This document shows positions 42,488-55,879 of a stretch of 64,000 bases of DNA, piece after piece. The DNA lies in contig CM041465.1 in NCBI GenBank assembly GCA_023213395.1, positions 151,039,741 to 151,103,740 of the forward strand, written 5' to 3'. The DNA is from Cycas panzhihuaensis (Eukaryota; Plantae; Cycadophyta). Both the position numbers and the translations under genes were made by a program. Positions within the stretch are counted from its first letter, which is position 1. Every line of letters begins with the position of its first letter. The notes under the pieces were generated by a model. That model was not told the origin of the DNA. It made no database searches and saw only the letters and a list, made by a program, of their open reading frames with translations.

Positions 42488-45400
42488 TGTGATAAGGATA
42501 ATAATTGATAAGATTAACTATTAAAATATTAGAAATTAATTCTAAATTTTTTTATGAAATATCTATTCAATAAATGTCACACATTAGATTTGACTCAATA
42601 ATCCTTACTTATCACTAACTCTTTACTAATTACAAATGACCTATATCAACTATGTATAATAATTAAAGAATATTAATCTTACCTAATTTAATAGATGTGA
42701 GGAGTGAATTATGACCTCTATTAACTCATCACTTTCACATAACATAAAATAGTTCTAACTAATACAATATAAAAAATTAAGGGGGAGGGTCAATAACTTA
42801 AGGTTATGAACCTACAAAATAAATATTAAAGTCTAACGCTCCCTCCTAATATTTATTTCATTTTTCTTGACACCTAAACTATCCTTGAGAGTCTATAATC
42901 CATCGTGTGCTAGCAGCTTAGTGAAGATGTTAACCAATTATTATTTTGTAGGTATGTATACAATCTCTATTACACTTTTCTTAATAAACTCTCAAATGAA
43001 GTGATGGGGCATCTTGATATGGTTGGGGCAAGCATGGAATATAAGATTTTTAGAAATATGTAAAGTACACTAATTATTACGGTACAAGGTAGTTGGTTCC
43101 GATCATTGTAATTCCATGTCCTCTAAAATCTAATGTAACTAAATGGCTTCTATAACTATTACAACTACAACCTTATATTCTACTTTAATAGAGGATAAAG
43201 TAATATTTAATTACTTCTTACTATTCCATATAATTATAGTTAAACCCATATTGAAATAATACCTAGAAGTTGACCTTATATTGTTTATGCATCCAACCTA
43301 ATCAAAATTTATGAATCTTATCAACTTAAAATTATTATTATGCTTACACTAGAGCCTATAATGAATTGTCCCTTTTAAGTATTTAGGAATCCTCTTTGTA
43401 GCTTTTGAGTGATCCTATTTTAGAGATGTTATAAATCAGGACATTATTCCAAATGCATAAGATATGTTAGGTCTAATAATAATCAAATATATTAGACTTC
43501 CCACCAGTTACCTATATAATATAGCATCAATATCTACTACATCATTTTCTATTGTTAATTTGGAACATATCTCCATAGATGTAGATGAAATTTTATAATA
43601 TAATATTCAAATTTTCTTTAGAATTTTCCAAGTATACTTATCTTGTAAGATGAAGACATGTTTAGGCCTCTATCATACTTCCACTCTAAGGAAGTAGTGT
43701 AAAATTCCTAATCATCCATTTCAAAGTAATGACTAAGATCTACCTTTAGCCATGATATCATATCAATATCATTATCTATGATTAGAAAGTCATCAACATA
43801 TAATACCACAATATGATTTTATTATTTTTGGCTTTGATGTATAGGTTTGAATCAAGTGGAGATCTCTTAAACCCATTCTTATGAAAGTATTAACCAATTA
43901 TCTCACACCAAGCTCTAGAAGCTTATTTTAGGTTATACAAGGCCTTCCTAAGTTGGTATACCAAGTGCTCATGGCCTTTTTCAACAAAACTAAGTGGTTG
44001 TTTCATGTAGTCTTTTTTATTTAACTCCTCATCTGAAAATACACTCTTCAAGTCTATTTGGTGTAGTTGTCAATTAAATTATATAATTATTATCATAATA
44101 AGTCAAATGGTATTCACCTTTGCAATAGGAAAAAATGTCTCTTAGTAGTGGATCCCTTCTTATTGCTTCAAGCCTTTAGTAACAAGTTATGCTTTATACT
44201 TATCTATAGACCCATTTAATTTGAACTTGATTCTATAGACCCATTTACATCTAATTACTTACTTATTAGTAAGAAATCCTACCAAACCCCATATGTGATT
44301 TTTCTTGAGTACTTGGATTTTAAATTCTATAACATTAGACTACTTCTTTTTTTTAAATACTTCTCCAATTATGGATGGATCTTCTGCATTTAATACACTT
44401 TCCATAAATGTCATATTTACATGTTCATAGGGTCATATTTTTTATTTTTGCTTTCCCTTATATTCCAGTAACATTTGCTTAATATATTCAATGGTTTTCG
44501 CATACCATTTTAGAAGCTTCATCTTCAATGATTAAGGTGAATGCTTTACATTTGATAACTTAGTTAGCTCAGGATTCTTTAACTCTATATTTAGCTCAAG
44601 ATCAACTTTTTAAAATTAGAATGATTTCAATTTTGTTATTTTATCAATGTTAAATGGTTCATACTCTAGTGGCTCCTAAATGTATTTCCCAATATCAGTT
44701 GGACTAATAATTTGTATTTCATATTCCTAAAAGATTACATCATGAATTATGTAAACTTTTTAAGTTAATAACTCATACCCTATAGGCTTTGCTCTTCTCA
44801 TAATAACTAACAAGGATATATTTTATATTTTCATCATCTAACCTTTATTGTTTCCCCTTGGAAATATACATATATATTGTAAACCCAAAATTTTTGATAT
44901 GACTAATAATTGGTTTACTACCTAACCAAGATTCATCAGATGTTATATTTCTAATAGCCTGGGTAATACTTATATTTGTTATATATACTACTATATTGAT
45001 AACTTCTTCCCATAAGCAATCTATTACATCCTTGTCTTATATCATGGCTTTGCTACTTTTAACTAGAGTTCTATTTATCCACTCAAGAATTCCATTTTGC
45101 TAAGGTATATAGGTAGTAGAAAAATGCCTCTTGATCCCAAGATCCTTGCAAAACTATATGAATTCATATAAGGTGTATTCTCCTATATTATTTTCCACTA
45201 TCTCTTTAAATTATTTGAAGCAAGTGAAAGCTTATAAATTTTTCTTAATGGAATTACCTACACTTTTTATGAAAACTCATCAATAAAGGTGATGAAATAT
45301 CTCATTCCACCAAGTAAGACAATAAGCATTAGTTTGTAATTATCTAAATGAACCAATCTTAGCTTCTCTTTGGCTTTTTATGCTTTTTTCTTTAGAAAGG

Positions 45401-48400
45401 ATTCTCTATGTTATTTTTCAAATATATAAAGATCACAAAAATAATATTTACTATTTATCATGAAAAGACCATCCACCATTTTTAGCTTATATATTAATTA
45501 GAGATTGGTGTAATCTAAATGACCCATGCATTCATACCATAACTTTTATTTAGGAGATATAGATAAGAATATTTTATATATATAAGAGTGTCCTTATAGT
45601 TTATACAAATTATTTTCTATAATACCCTTGGCTACAATATTATTTTATTTATCTCATATCGTGTACTATCCTCGAGCAAATATTATAATCATATCATGTT
45701 GTTTAATCTCTCCAATAGAAATTTAGTACATGTAAAATATTATCTATATATTATAATTCTCTATTTGGCATGATTATCAGATCTTTTCCTACTCATGTAC
45801 CCTCTAAATCTGTGTCATCATTAATGGTGACCTTTTGATTTATTTTCTACATCTAAAAGAACCATTCAATGTTAGGTGTAATACCTAATCACATAATAAC
45901 CCTCATGTAATCTCTCTCTATATTATTTATATTTTTATATTAGAGATTATAGACCACATAGAGATGTGTGCCACCTCTAGATTGACCAATGAGTTTCTCT
46001 TACTAATGATGAACATGCACTATAAGTATGTAACCTATTATTCTTTCTAATTTGAGTTTTACCAAATTCTCCATATCTGGTTTTCATTTGTTATACATAC
46101 TTCATCTTTTATGAGTTTATAGTCATATCTTTAACTCACTATTGTGTTTTATATGTATTATATTTTTAGTTTAACATGGTATCAGAGCCCAAGGTTGAAT
46201 CCTTAGAGGGTATTATTGTAAAGCATTATACTTGTTATCCCTTTTTTATCGTTTAGAAACCTTATCAATCTTTTGTTATACTTGTTTTATGACCTAATCT
46301 TGAAGGATTATTTCAAGTAATGTGAAGCCATCTTATGTACATTTTCTTATGGAACTATTATCAACTTTTTGAGGAGTTATTTTGAGGATATTTATAATTA
46401 CTTTTTAAGTCTACTTTAAGTTACTCAAGTGGACAATTTTATATATATGTGATGCTAAAATAATATTGCATGCAAGTTCTTCATGGTGAAGTCCATAGGA
46501 ATTCCTTTGTATATATTCCAATTACTATGTAGCTATCTCCTTTATATATTAGTGGATAGATTACAGTAGGAACTATTAACAATAATTAAGAGAGTCCCTT
46601 CTTGTTATTCAGATGCTAGGAGTGACTCCATTTTGAAAGGGTTTATAGATTTACAGGTGAATAAAAGTCAAATATATTTCTATTGATATGTAACTTTCTT
46701 GTATTAGTTACTTTATTATTAAAAAAAAAAAAGTATTTATGGCCTTCAAAATTTTGCCCATATTTTTGTGTCAAAAAAAAAAAGAAAAGAGGGGGGGAGC
46801 AGGTTGTCTATCAATTATGGAAGTGTGATGGGTTATCTATTGATCTGAAGGTTTTATATAGTTTAGTAAGGAAGATTAGGTAGAGTGGATGTGTCATTTT
46901 AGCATTGAACTTTTTAAGAATTCTCTTCTCCCACTTTACACACTTGTTCTAAACTAGCACAAGTATAGCCAATTATTAGTAGAGAATTATTTACAGTAGG
47001 TTTTGTAAGTTATTGGGCAGAACTGAATGAAGCCTACTAGTAAAATCTAGTTTCGAGCCTTGAAATGGCATTATCTTCTCTAAATATTCCTCCTAAAATC
47101 CTTGCCACCTAACTCAATTGGTAGAGTTCATAGAACATGATGAAAAACCTCTTTATGTTGATGCTTCCACCAGAATGGCTTAAAGATGATCTACAAAGCC
47201 TCTAGTATGAGGCTATTGTGATGGTTATGGCACCACCTATTGCAATACCAATAACCAGTGTTCTTAAATTAGCATTAGTTGGGGGTCTCGTTTATGCACC
47301 TTCTACATCTCCCATGCATCATGTGGATACAACGAAGACACAAGTACAAGCATCAACACTCTCTTTTCTAAAGCTTATGTCGAAGTTTCCATAGAATGGA
47401 TTAAGGGATTTGTATAGAGGCTTTATTCCATCAATTTTAGGATAATTTTTAAGTTATGGTTTATGCACTAGAAATTTTCAAGTAAGCAAAATTCTATAAA
47501 GAAATGTCATTCCAACAATTCCTAAAATTTAGGGATGACAATTTTTATTTAGACCTGAAGGACATAATGGTTATAGAAGTTATTTAGCTATCTATTTAGG
47601 ATCATGGGCCATATAAAATTCTAACGCCTGCTTTAGTTGGATTTGATAATAGTCATTCATCTAGACCTATTTATGGTTGGCATATTCATCCATCTGTATC
47701 AAAGGACAATCATGAATCCAACATCTCAGGTATACCATTGGCTAAGCCAAGGGAAATGATTCTAAGCTAGTGACATTCTTTAGATTTGGGGTCGCATTAT
47801 GCCTCTCTTCGCCATCACTACCCCTGTGCAACCTGTAATTTCATCAATGAAGGCCTCTAAAGTCTCACAAATAAAATTATATTATGGAACCCTAATTCAC
47901 ATTAGGGTTAATATTATTCTAATCATTAATCTTTTTTATTTTTACTTTGATGAAAACATAAAGATGTATAAAATAGGTTTAATATTTTTTTTCATTTGAA
48001 AAACTAGAATAATTACATTGGATAATTATTTTAGGTCTGTTTAGCCCCCTTATACCTCAGTCCCAAGTCATATAAAGGTGCCACATGACGAGTTGCCAAT
48101 AACAAAAAGGGATAAACCCCTATTTTTCATCTTTTATAGAGTCCTCTTCATTGTTTTGATGATAACTTGAGCTAGGAGGCTCCTTTTATAGTCTTGTCTA
48201 TTGCATTGGATTTATAACAGAGAGATATTTCTTTTGATAGGTCATTTGACACTATTTGGGGCTATTTATATGTAGAAATTTCTATTCAAATTTAAAATTT
48301 TATATTTTTCTCCATTTTTTTAGGTTCTTTAGGCACATATGTGTATCTTCAAGGCTCTATGATATGATATATCCTAAATGGGGGGGATAACATATACCAA

Positions 48401-49596
48401 GGTCTAATTTTTTGGCTCTAGAGAATCAATTGAGCTTCATTTTGAGCTTTATTGTATGAGAGAGAGTCATTCATATAATAATTGAGTCATATATATCTTT
48501 TGAGTCATGTATTCACGTTATTGTTGGTTATTTTACCTATAAAGACATAATGTAAGCCCATGGTGGTGTGTTGTAAAGTCCAAAGAGGCATGCTATTTTT
48601 AGCCTATGAGGCAATCTGACACCATAAAGCCCTCTTAAGGCTACTTGTACTCCCATATGAGTAAGGGGTGGTATGAGTTTACAATTACTCCTATTGGCAT
48701 TAATAATACTATGTACACAAAGGAACATCCTATTCAAATGGTAGTTGCAATGGCTAACAACCCATACATACTGGTAGATGGTGTTCTCTTTATATAGATA
48801 TCATTAGCTTTTTATATCAGTGTAGTAGATTATGATTTAGACTATTTACAAACTTAACATTTTTTTTAAGATTGCTTACATTCCTATATAAGTAAGGAGT
48901 GGGAGTATTTTATAGCTACTCTTATTGGCACTGATTGAACCATATATACAAAATAAGTTCATATTCAACTAGCAGTTATAGCGACTAGTTACCCATGCAT
49001 TCTAGTAGATGGACTTCACTTCATATAGATATTAGTAGATTTTTATTTCAATGCAATAGTATTTGATCCAACTTTTATTTGAAAACTCAAGATTTATTAT
49101 TTGATGTGACAATTCTTTATATAATTAACTATTACAAGGGGGAAATATTAGGTGTAATGCTCAATTACCTAATAATCCTCATGTAATCTCTCTCTACGTT
49201 ATTTGTATTTTTATATTAGAGGTTGTGGACCACATAGAGATGCGTGTCCCCTTTAGATTGACCAATAAGGTTTTCTCACTAATGGTAAGCGTGTACCATA
49301 AGTATGTACCCTATTATTCTTTCTAATTTAATTTTTGACCAAATATCCATATTTGGTTTCCATTTGTTATGCATACTTCATCTTTTATGAGTTTATTGTC
49401 ATATCTTTAACTTATTATTATATTTTGTATATGTTGTATTTTTAATTTCTAACATTCAAGACTCCTAATCACATGTCATAATGTACTATAATCGATGAAA
49501 CATATATACTATACATATAAACCTATTTTATATGCTATAATAAATAAATATTTTAAAATCTTTATAAGGAAGTTATTTGTTGCATCTATGATGTGA
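42488..49596 (-). mobile_element. Ty1/Copia element A, copy 2 (3' LTR, RH, RT, INT, PR), interrupted by B copy 2
   Basis: 3' LTR at about 42488-42838; PPT CTCCCTCCT at 42839-42847; RNase H at about 42880-43330; RT (YVDDF at about 43790; KALYNLK at about 43930-43950); integrase at about 44700-45350. Confidence 0.88.
45870..49454 (+). mobile_element. Non-autonomous LTR element B, copy 2
   Basis: LTRs at 45870-46176 and 49146-49454; TSD TTCAA on both sides; PBS at 46177-46188; PPT AAGGGGGAAA. Confidence 0.93.
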
Positions 49597-50402
49597 CTAT
49601 TAGAATTTAGAATTTAACTCAGATATTATATTATAATATACTTATTAATTATAACAGAAGTATATCAAACATATATAAGTAATGAATCATATCATGAGGA
49701 ATGTATATAATCCATATAATAAGATAAATATATAAAGTAATAACATGAATCATAAAGTATAAATATAAAAAATATATATTGCAAGATAGACAACATATTT
49801 ATATATTAAAAACCTAATGTAAGAAAAACCACGAGAGAAGGTTGGAGTTGGGAGCTCCTCTTTAAATATCAAATGAATACATCTCTAATTCAAGGAACTT
49901 TTTCAAGTTCTCAAGTGGTGTGTGTATGTGTTTATATTAATGATCTCTTCATGAATATCCTAAGATATCTCTTCAGTCATTTTATCATCCAATAATATGT
50001 GTACATAAATAATTATATATTATCATATCTTTCAATACATTTATTAAGTGGAATTTTATGTGGATTCACTACCTTATATTAAACATTAGATATATAAAAG
50101 TATCACATATTTTAATACTTCCCCTTAATATTTAATATATTTAATTCTTGAAGTCTTTAATCCTTTAATCATTCATGTCTATGTCTTCATGTCTATTTTC
50201 TTGTATACTAAAATTTGTAAACCTATATCCTATATCAAATTTATATCAAGCTATATAATGTTGTATCAATATCATGATTATTTCCCGTAAGTGTTAACAT
50301 GTAATCATTTATAGTTATATGTAATCATTAATGACCAACTATAGACAACCAAGCTATAAATTTATAAACCAGTCATCAAGTATCAACTAATATGCATGAC
50401 TC
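49597..50402 (-). mobile_element. Element C copy 2 (3' LTR, PPT and start of internal region), the target of the Tat insertion
   Basis: Matches 6153-6959. Confidence 0.85.
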
Positions 50403-53003
50403 TGTTTCCTGGCTTCCGGGAATGGATACGGAATCACCGACTCAGGTAAGTGCAGGTATGTCTCTCGCATTATCATCGCTTTCTTTTACTGGATGTTTGC
50501 TTGCGTATCTGCATGTGTATGACTTTGTGGGCGACCTTGTAGTCGTCCACACTTATTTTAGCCTATGACGACTATAGCGGGGGCACACTCCCAGCGAGTG
50601 TGGCACCCTGGTGACCGTATTACTTCCCGCATCTGCCCTCCTCGCTCCAGGATCCATTAGATTTGCGCCACCTCCGCCCGTGTGATGACTCATCATCGTT
50701 TGGTTAACTTGCCACCCCACTCAAGCCCTATTTTTGCTCCTTTGGACTCGTTTTGTTGACCTATTTGCTCCCGGGTAGGTGTTTTAGCGTTATGTTAGCC
50801 TTTTCTATCATCTGCCCCCAACCTGGACTGGTTGGTGGGCCCCATTTTCAGCTGTAGGTTCATACCACCAGATTTTTTGCACTACCGCTGGAATATTCGC
50901 GGTACCGCGAATATTCCGGCGGTACGACTGTCTCAAGTTATTTTTAAAAATCCGCCGTGGCAATTTCGCATTTATTGCGAAACTGCCACGTGGCTCGCGC
51001 TTTATTTCTCTTCCAGCTGCGCCCTAATCGTACGCTTTAGGGTTTTGCTTGAGTACTTAAGCCCTTTTTGGCTCATTTTCAAGGATCTTTTTGCTCACTT
51101 TTGGAATTGCTCTCAAGGAAACACTCTCTGCTTCTCTTCTCTCTGCTTTTTTACATCGGTTGGACTGCACCCTTCATCTGACCTTACTCTCCTTTGGTGT
51201 GGCTGAGACATTCTCCCAGCCCCTCAAACGCTTTGGAGAGGGCTCCTTTGAAGTGGTTTCCAGCCGGTCTTCGCCCAGGCAGTCCATAAGCGCCCCAAGT
51301 GCAGGTGTTTCTAGTCACACCTCCGTAGCAGGGCCTCAAACCTGCTCTACTTCAGATCTGGGCTGATTTATCAGTCCCTCTCCACTTCCCTTTGGATGAG
51401 GCAAATCCCTTGCCTCTTCTCTCCAGGTATTCCTTGTTTATGCTTATTTTCTTATGATATTTATGCTTCAGCTTGTTTTCTCTTATTTGTTGCTTGAGAG
51501 TTGGTTGCCCTCCTTTTTGGGGGCTGTTATACCACTCTCCTTGTGCTCCTTGCCTGCGTTTGCTGTCCAAGGCAGCGGTGTGGAGGGGTTACATAAGTTT
51601 TGGAGAGGAGCTGGGTGGATTCCGTACCACCTTCCACGCTCCCTAGGCGGCTCTAAGCCCCCCAAAACCTCCCTCTCGCCCCGTGCTGCCCTTGGCTTGC
51701 AAACAAGGGTTTGAAGGCTCCCTTTGGTTGCCCAAACCAGCGCTGTCACAAGTTACAACGCTGATTTGGAACCTTTTGCTCAGGTTTGGGCATCACTCAT
51801 AAGTCCCAACCGCTGGTTTCTTGCTCCACCTTTCTTCCCCAGGTCACCCGGATTGCTCCTCATAGCATCCCAGTTCGCCGTGGGTACCCTTGGACCTTTC
51901 TTTGCCCCTTTTGCTGCTATTTTCTAGCCCTTGCTCTTGGCCTTCCCCTCGCTGCCTCGTGGCTCTTAGGGGGAGGTTTGGGCATCATTTGCGAGAGGTA
52001 GGCCACTCTAAGGCTTACCCAACCATTTACTTTCACTTTGGTCACTTTCTTTTGACACTTTCATTGTTGGATTAGCACTAACGCATGTATATCCAAATTC
52101 TCGTTTATGTTATTTAGGCGTATATTGTTAGAGTTTTTGTGTTGCATGTTAGTGCTCTTCCTTCGGGAAGAGAAAGAGATCGCTACTGCTTGCAGGTACT
52201 TGGGAAGCGTGGAGTGCATCGCCTGTGGGCCTAGCTACCGGTAAGCACCTTCATGTGCATTATGTTTTCATGTTATTTCATTTCTTAGTTGGTGCTTCCT
52301 TTCTTTCTTGGTGTTGCATTTGATTTTCCGGGGAAGGTAAGGAAGCCCCCTCTTCGTTCACCGCAAAGAATCGCATCTAGTACGTCGCGCGGAGTGGTTG
52401 GGCACTCCTCGAGAAGGTTACTTCGTCTCGCACGCCTTCGCTCCAGGTGCACGTTCGTTCCCCTCCGCTACCCTTTCTTTTCCTTTTATTTCTTTCGTAG
52501 TAATTAGTGCATTGAAGGATAAAAGGGAAAAATTGGTTTGGTACTTATTTGCGATTCTTTTGTCTTGTTTCATGCATCTTTATCATTCGTAGGAAAGATT
52601 GTAGGAGTCCTCCTCTCCCCTACCGTTCTTCCTCTCCCCTTGACCGCACGAGTGCCTTGCTTCCCACATCACTCGTGTACCCGGTTAGGTCGTGTAGGAT
52701 TGCCCTTGGCCTGTCTCCATTAGGTCTTCTCTTCCCCCCTTCTGGCCACCCAAGGGTGGGAGGGTCCTATTCCCAGGTCAACTTAGGTTCGCCCTACGCA
52801 CCTTCACCCCTTATTCGAAGCAGTGAAGGGTCACCCGACAGTAGCCATACTCCATTGCAGATCTCGAACTCGCGCTCTGGCGCACGGGGCGCTCTGCGTG
52901 GTAGTTACCCACCTTTTAGGTCCCACCTTCCATCATTCCACCACTCACCCTCTCTTACACCTATCAGTTAGGTAGTTATCCGTAGCAAGCGTCATGTCGA
53001 CCA
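50403..53003 (+). repeat. 5' LTR of the Tat element (3' end tentative)
   Basis: Aligns with 62017-64000 up to about 52405. A candidate terminal CA at 53002-53003 is followed by TCT-TGGGGGCG, which is PBS-like. Confidence 0.75.
50985..51061 (+). promoter_or_regulatory. Putative LTR U3 promoter: G-box, telo-box and TATA-like element
   Basis: GCCACGTGGC at 50985-50994, TAGGGTTT at 51038-51045 and TACTTAAG at 51054-51061, all conserved in the 3' LTR (G-box at 62589-62598). Confidence 0.55.
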
Positions 53004-53300
53004 TCTTGGGGGCGCGATGAAGGGAGCTAGTTTCGCTCTCTTCGGTTGGTTTCGCTACTCTTGTGTGATCCTTTTCATACTTATTTCGATCTCCACGTTG
53101 GGCACCCCCCAACGCGTGTGTTTTACCACTTTTTCTCTTTTCCTAACATTGTTGGTTGACCTTGCATGCGGCATTTCTCTCGTCATTTGCGCGGTCTACC
53201 TCCTTTGTTAGAGAACCCCGAGTATCGCCTTCTTGCCTCATCGGATTCCGATCCGACTATGGAGGGATATTCTTCCGATTAGACCTACCATACTTCAGCC

Positions 53301-55795
53301 ATGGAAACCCATGCCTTTCCTCCTGTTATACCCGGGTCCACCCAAGAGGGTGACGACCCCTTTTATTATCCAAACGACCAACACCTTTCTTTCGATGCTC
53401 ATCCTTCTATCCACGTCGTAGAAGGACCCGTTCCTCTTGAGGGTTGCCACGTAGTTGGCAATTCTTATGAGGAACGTTCTGAGGATCCTACCTTGTTTGA
53501 GGTTAGATCACCTCACGAGTGTGTTGGGACTCCTCCTGACGTAGTTGAAGCTTTCAACAGTGTTGCTGCAACACGCTTGCAACCGCGTCCTAGGTGGTTT
53601 GAGGATGTCCTTCGTGGAGGGGCCTCTTCCTCTTCCGCTCCCCCACCTCATGCCTCATCCTCATCCACCCTTCCTATGACCATAAATCCCTTCGTGCCTA
53701 CACGTACGTCCCACTCGTTCCCTGCAGTGGGGGCATACGTGGCACCTCCCGTCCCTCATCAAGGTCCTAATGCCTTAAGATCTTCTCGCGGTGTGTCTTC
53801 CCTCAATTAAGGGTTAGCATACCCGCTCCTAATCAAACCAATGTGCCATCTCCTAATGTGGCGCATACCGTCCCTAGTAGGCCTATTGGTCCTACTAGCT
53901 TTCCAACCACTAGTCATGTGGGATCCGCTCCCACGCATCCTCCAGCCCAGCACGTTGGTGCTTCCTTCTACGTTCCCCCAAGATATACCTCTCAACCTTG
54001 GGGGCAGGGTAGAGGAAGTCGTCTTCCCGTTTATGGGGTGGATCCGCTACACCCATATGGGGTTGCTCCACCTACGGGTGGCCCATATGGGCAAAACCCG
54101 GTTCCATATCCGTCTTGCCCTTCTTCCAACGCAATCCCATCTGTTGTGCCTTCGCAAGGGAACCCAACTCCCTTCCAAGGCACCTACCCCCACGCCTCTT
54201 TTTAGCAAGGGGCGCTTCCTCAAGGAGGGATGGCCGTTCCACCCCCACCCACTCCTTGTGCGTTACCTACTTCGACATTCGTTGATCCTACGGTTCAGGC
54301 GAGGGCGCGCCCCTTCATGGACTTTAGGTCAACCCCTCTTTCGGTTGAGGCGTTGCGAACCAACTTGCCGCCTCATCCCCCTGAAGTTCCTAGATTTGAT
54401 GGAACTTCATCGCAAGACCCAACGGAGCATGTCCGTAGTTTTTCTATGGCATGCATCGATTACTGGGCTTACGACCATATTTTGATGAAACTATTCCCGA
54501 GATCCTTGCAGGGTGACGCCCTCAAATGGTTCTACCGTCTCCCTGCCCATTCAATCCGTTCATTCCAGCAATTGGTGGATGAGTTCATCAACTATTTTGA
54601 TGTAGCTCGTCCATTCGAGAGCAGAATGAAGTCTCTTCTCTCGCTCAAACAAGGTCACGATGAGATGAATCGTGACTTTGTGCAGCGATTCCACGACTTG
54701 CTTCACTCCACTAAGGCAACACTGCCCGAGGAGCTGAAGTGAGACCTGTTCGTCAATGCGCTTCGTCCTAAAGTCCACGTGGAAGTCCTCAAGATGGGGG
54801 CGACCACATGTGATTCCGCGATCGCCAAGTGCTTGCCATTGGAGGCTATTGAGATCCAAGCGGGTCTCAAGAAACCTCTTAAGCCCTCACAACGCCGTGA
54901 GGCACCACCCCCTACCAAAGATACCAAACCTTCCCAGCCGATGCGGTCTTCCTCTCATCCTACCGAGAGGACTTTAGACCCTCTCACATCAGTTATACGC
55001 TCATTCGAGCGTACGATGAAGGAGCTCAAGCTTCAAGATCCTTCATCTCCTACATCAAACAAACAAGTCCAACAAACTACCCAAGCTCCTCTTCCCAGGA
55101 ATGGAAATGCCTAGTCCTCTCAAGTGAGAAGGTCCGACCCCCCGCTTGAGAAGAAGTGGTGCTCCATTCATGGGGATTGCTTCCATGATGATTCGCGTTG
55201 TAGGGCCCAGCATCCAAAGGATGCCCCTCGACGCGATCCTTCTCCCAAACGGGCCTCAAGGCCTAATTTGGATCAACCAGTTCATAAGGATCTGTTCCCT
55301 AAGCACGGGGAACGTGATCGCAATACCCAAACCAAGAACAACCGTAACCGAGGAAGATCGCCTGATCCCCGTCCTTCCCACAATAAAGGGAAGGGCGCTA
55401 GGAATTCTTCTTCCTCTTCTCGTTATCCTAACCGTCGCACCCCGTCGCCTTCACGACCCCGGAACAGGGGGAAGAAGGTGATCCAATTGCTTGAAGCAAC
55501 TCCCACTTTTGCCCTTACGCGATCTCAAGCCGCTAAGGAAGCAGCGAGAGCTTTTTGTCCTCCCGCTCCTTCCGACCCTCTTTCAGAGACCCTTCCTCTG
55601 GAAGTTCCTCTCTTTCCCAAGGCTATTCACATGCGCCCGGTCATTCACGATTCAAGGGCACTTACCCAACCTCTTGGGAAGGGTAAGCCTTTCTCTGTCG
55701 TGGACGAGCTCTATACTTGCCGCCAGAATGTCCTTGATGGACATTCGAGGAGTTGTCCGGCGGCGGCCCTCCTCGGAAGCTTTAGGATCGAGTGA
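53301..55795 (+). pseudogene. gag: Tat Gag (Pro-rich N-terminus, Retrotrans_gag capsid, CHHC zinc knuckle)
   Basis: PRFDG..DPTEHVRSF..LFPRSLQGDALKWF..LP..SI.SF..L...F and WCSIHGDCFHDDSRC. ORFs 53843-55795 share one frame, broken by TAG/TGA stops of the C>T type. Confidence 0.92.
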
Positions 55796-55879
55796 TGTAC
55801 TGTCCATGCTTTGGAGGTCGCCCTAAGGTTGTAGACACACTATTTCCTTTGATCCTAAGGATCTTCCCCTAGGTGAAAG

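Larger units (their letters stand above)
42362..50402 (+). repeat. Segmental duplication, copy 2 (truncated by the Tat insertion)
   Basis: Collinear with copy 1; homology stops exactly at the TG of the Tat LTR. Confidence 0.95.

Noticed and set aside
42362-50402. Assembly haplotig duplication
   Set aside because: Transition-rich divergence of about 10%, with independent indels and insertions, is too high for alleles.
50832-52971. Many short ORFs in the LTR, and their twins at 62243-63936
   Set aside because: They have no domain signatures and their frames and stops differ between the two LTRs, as expected by chance in GC-rich DNA.
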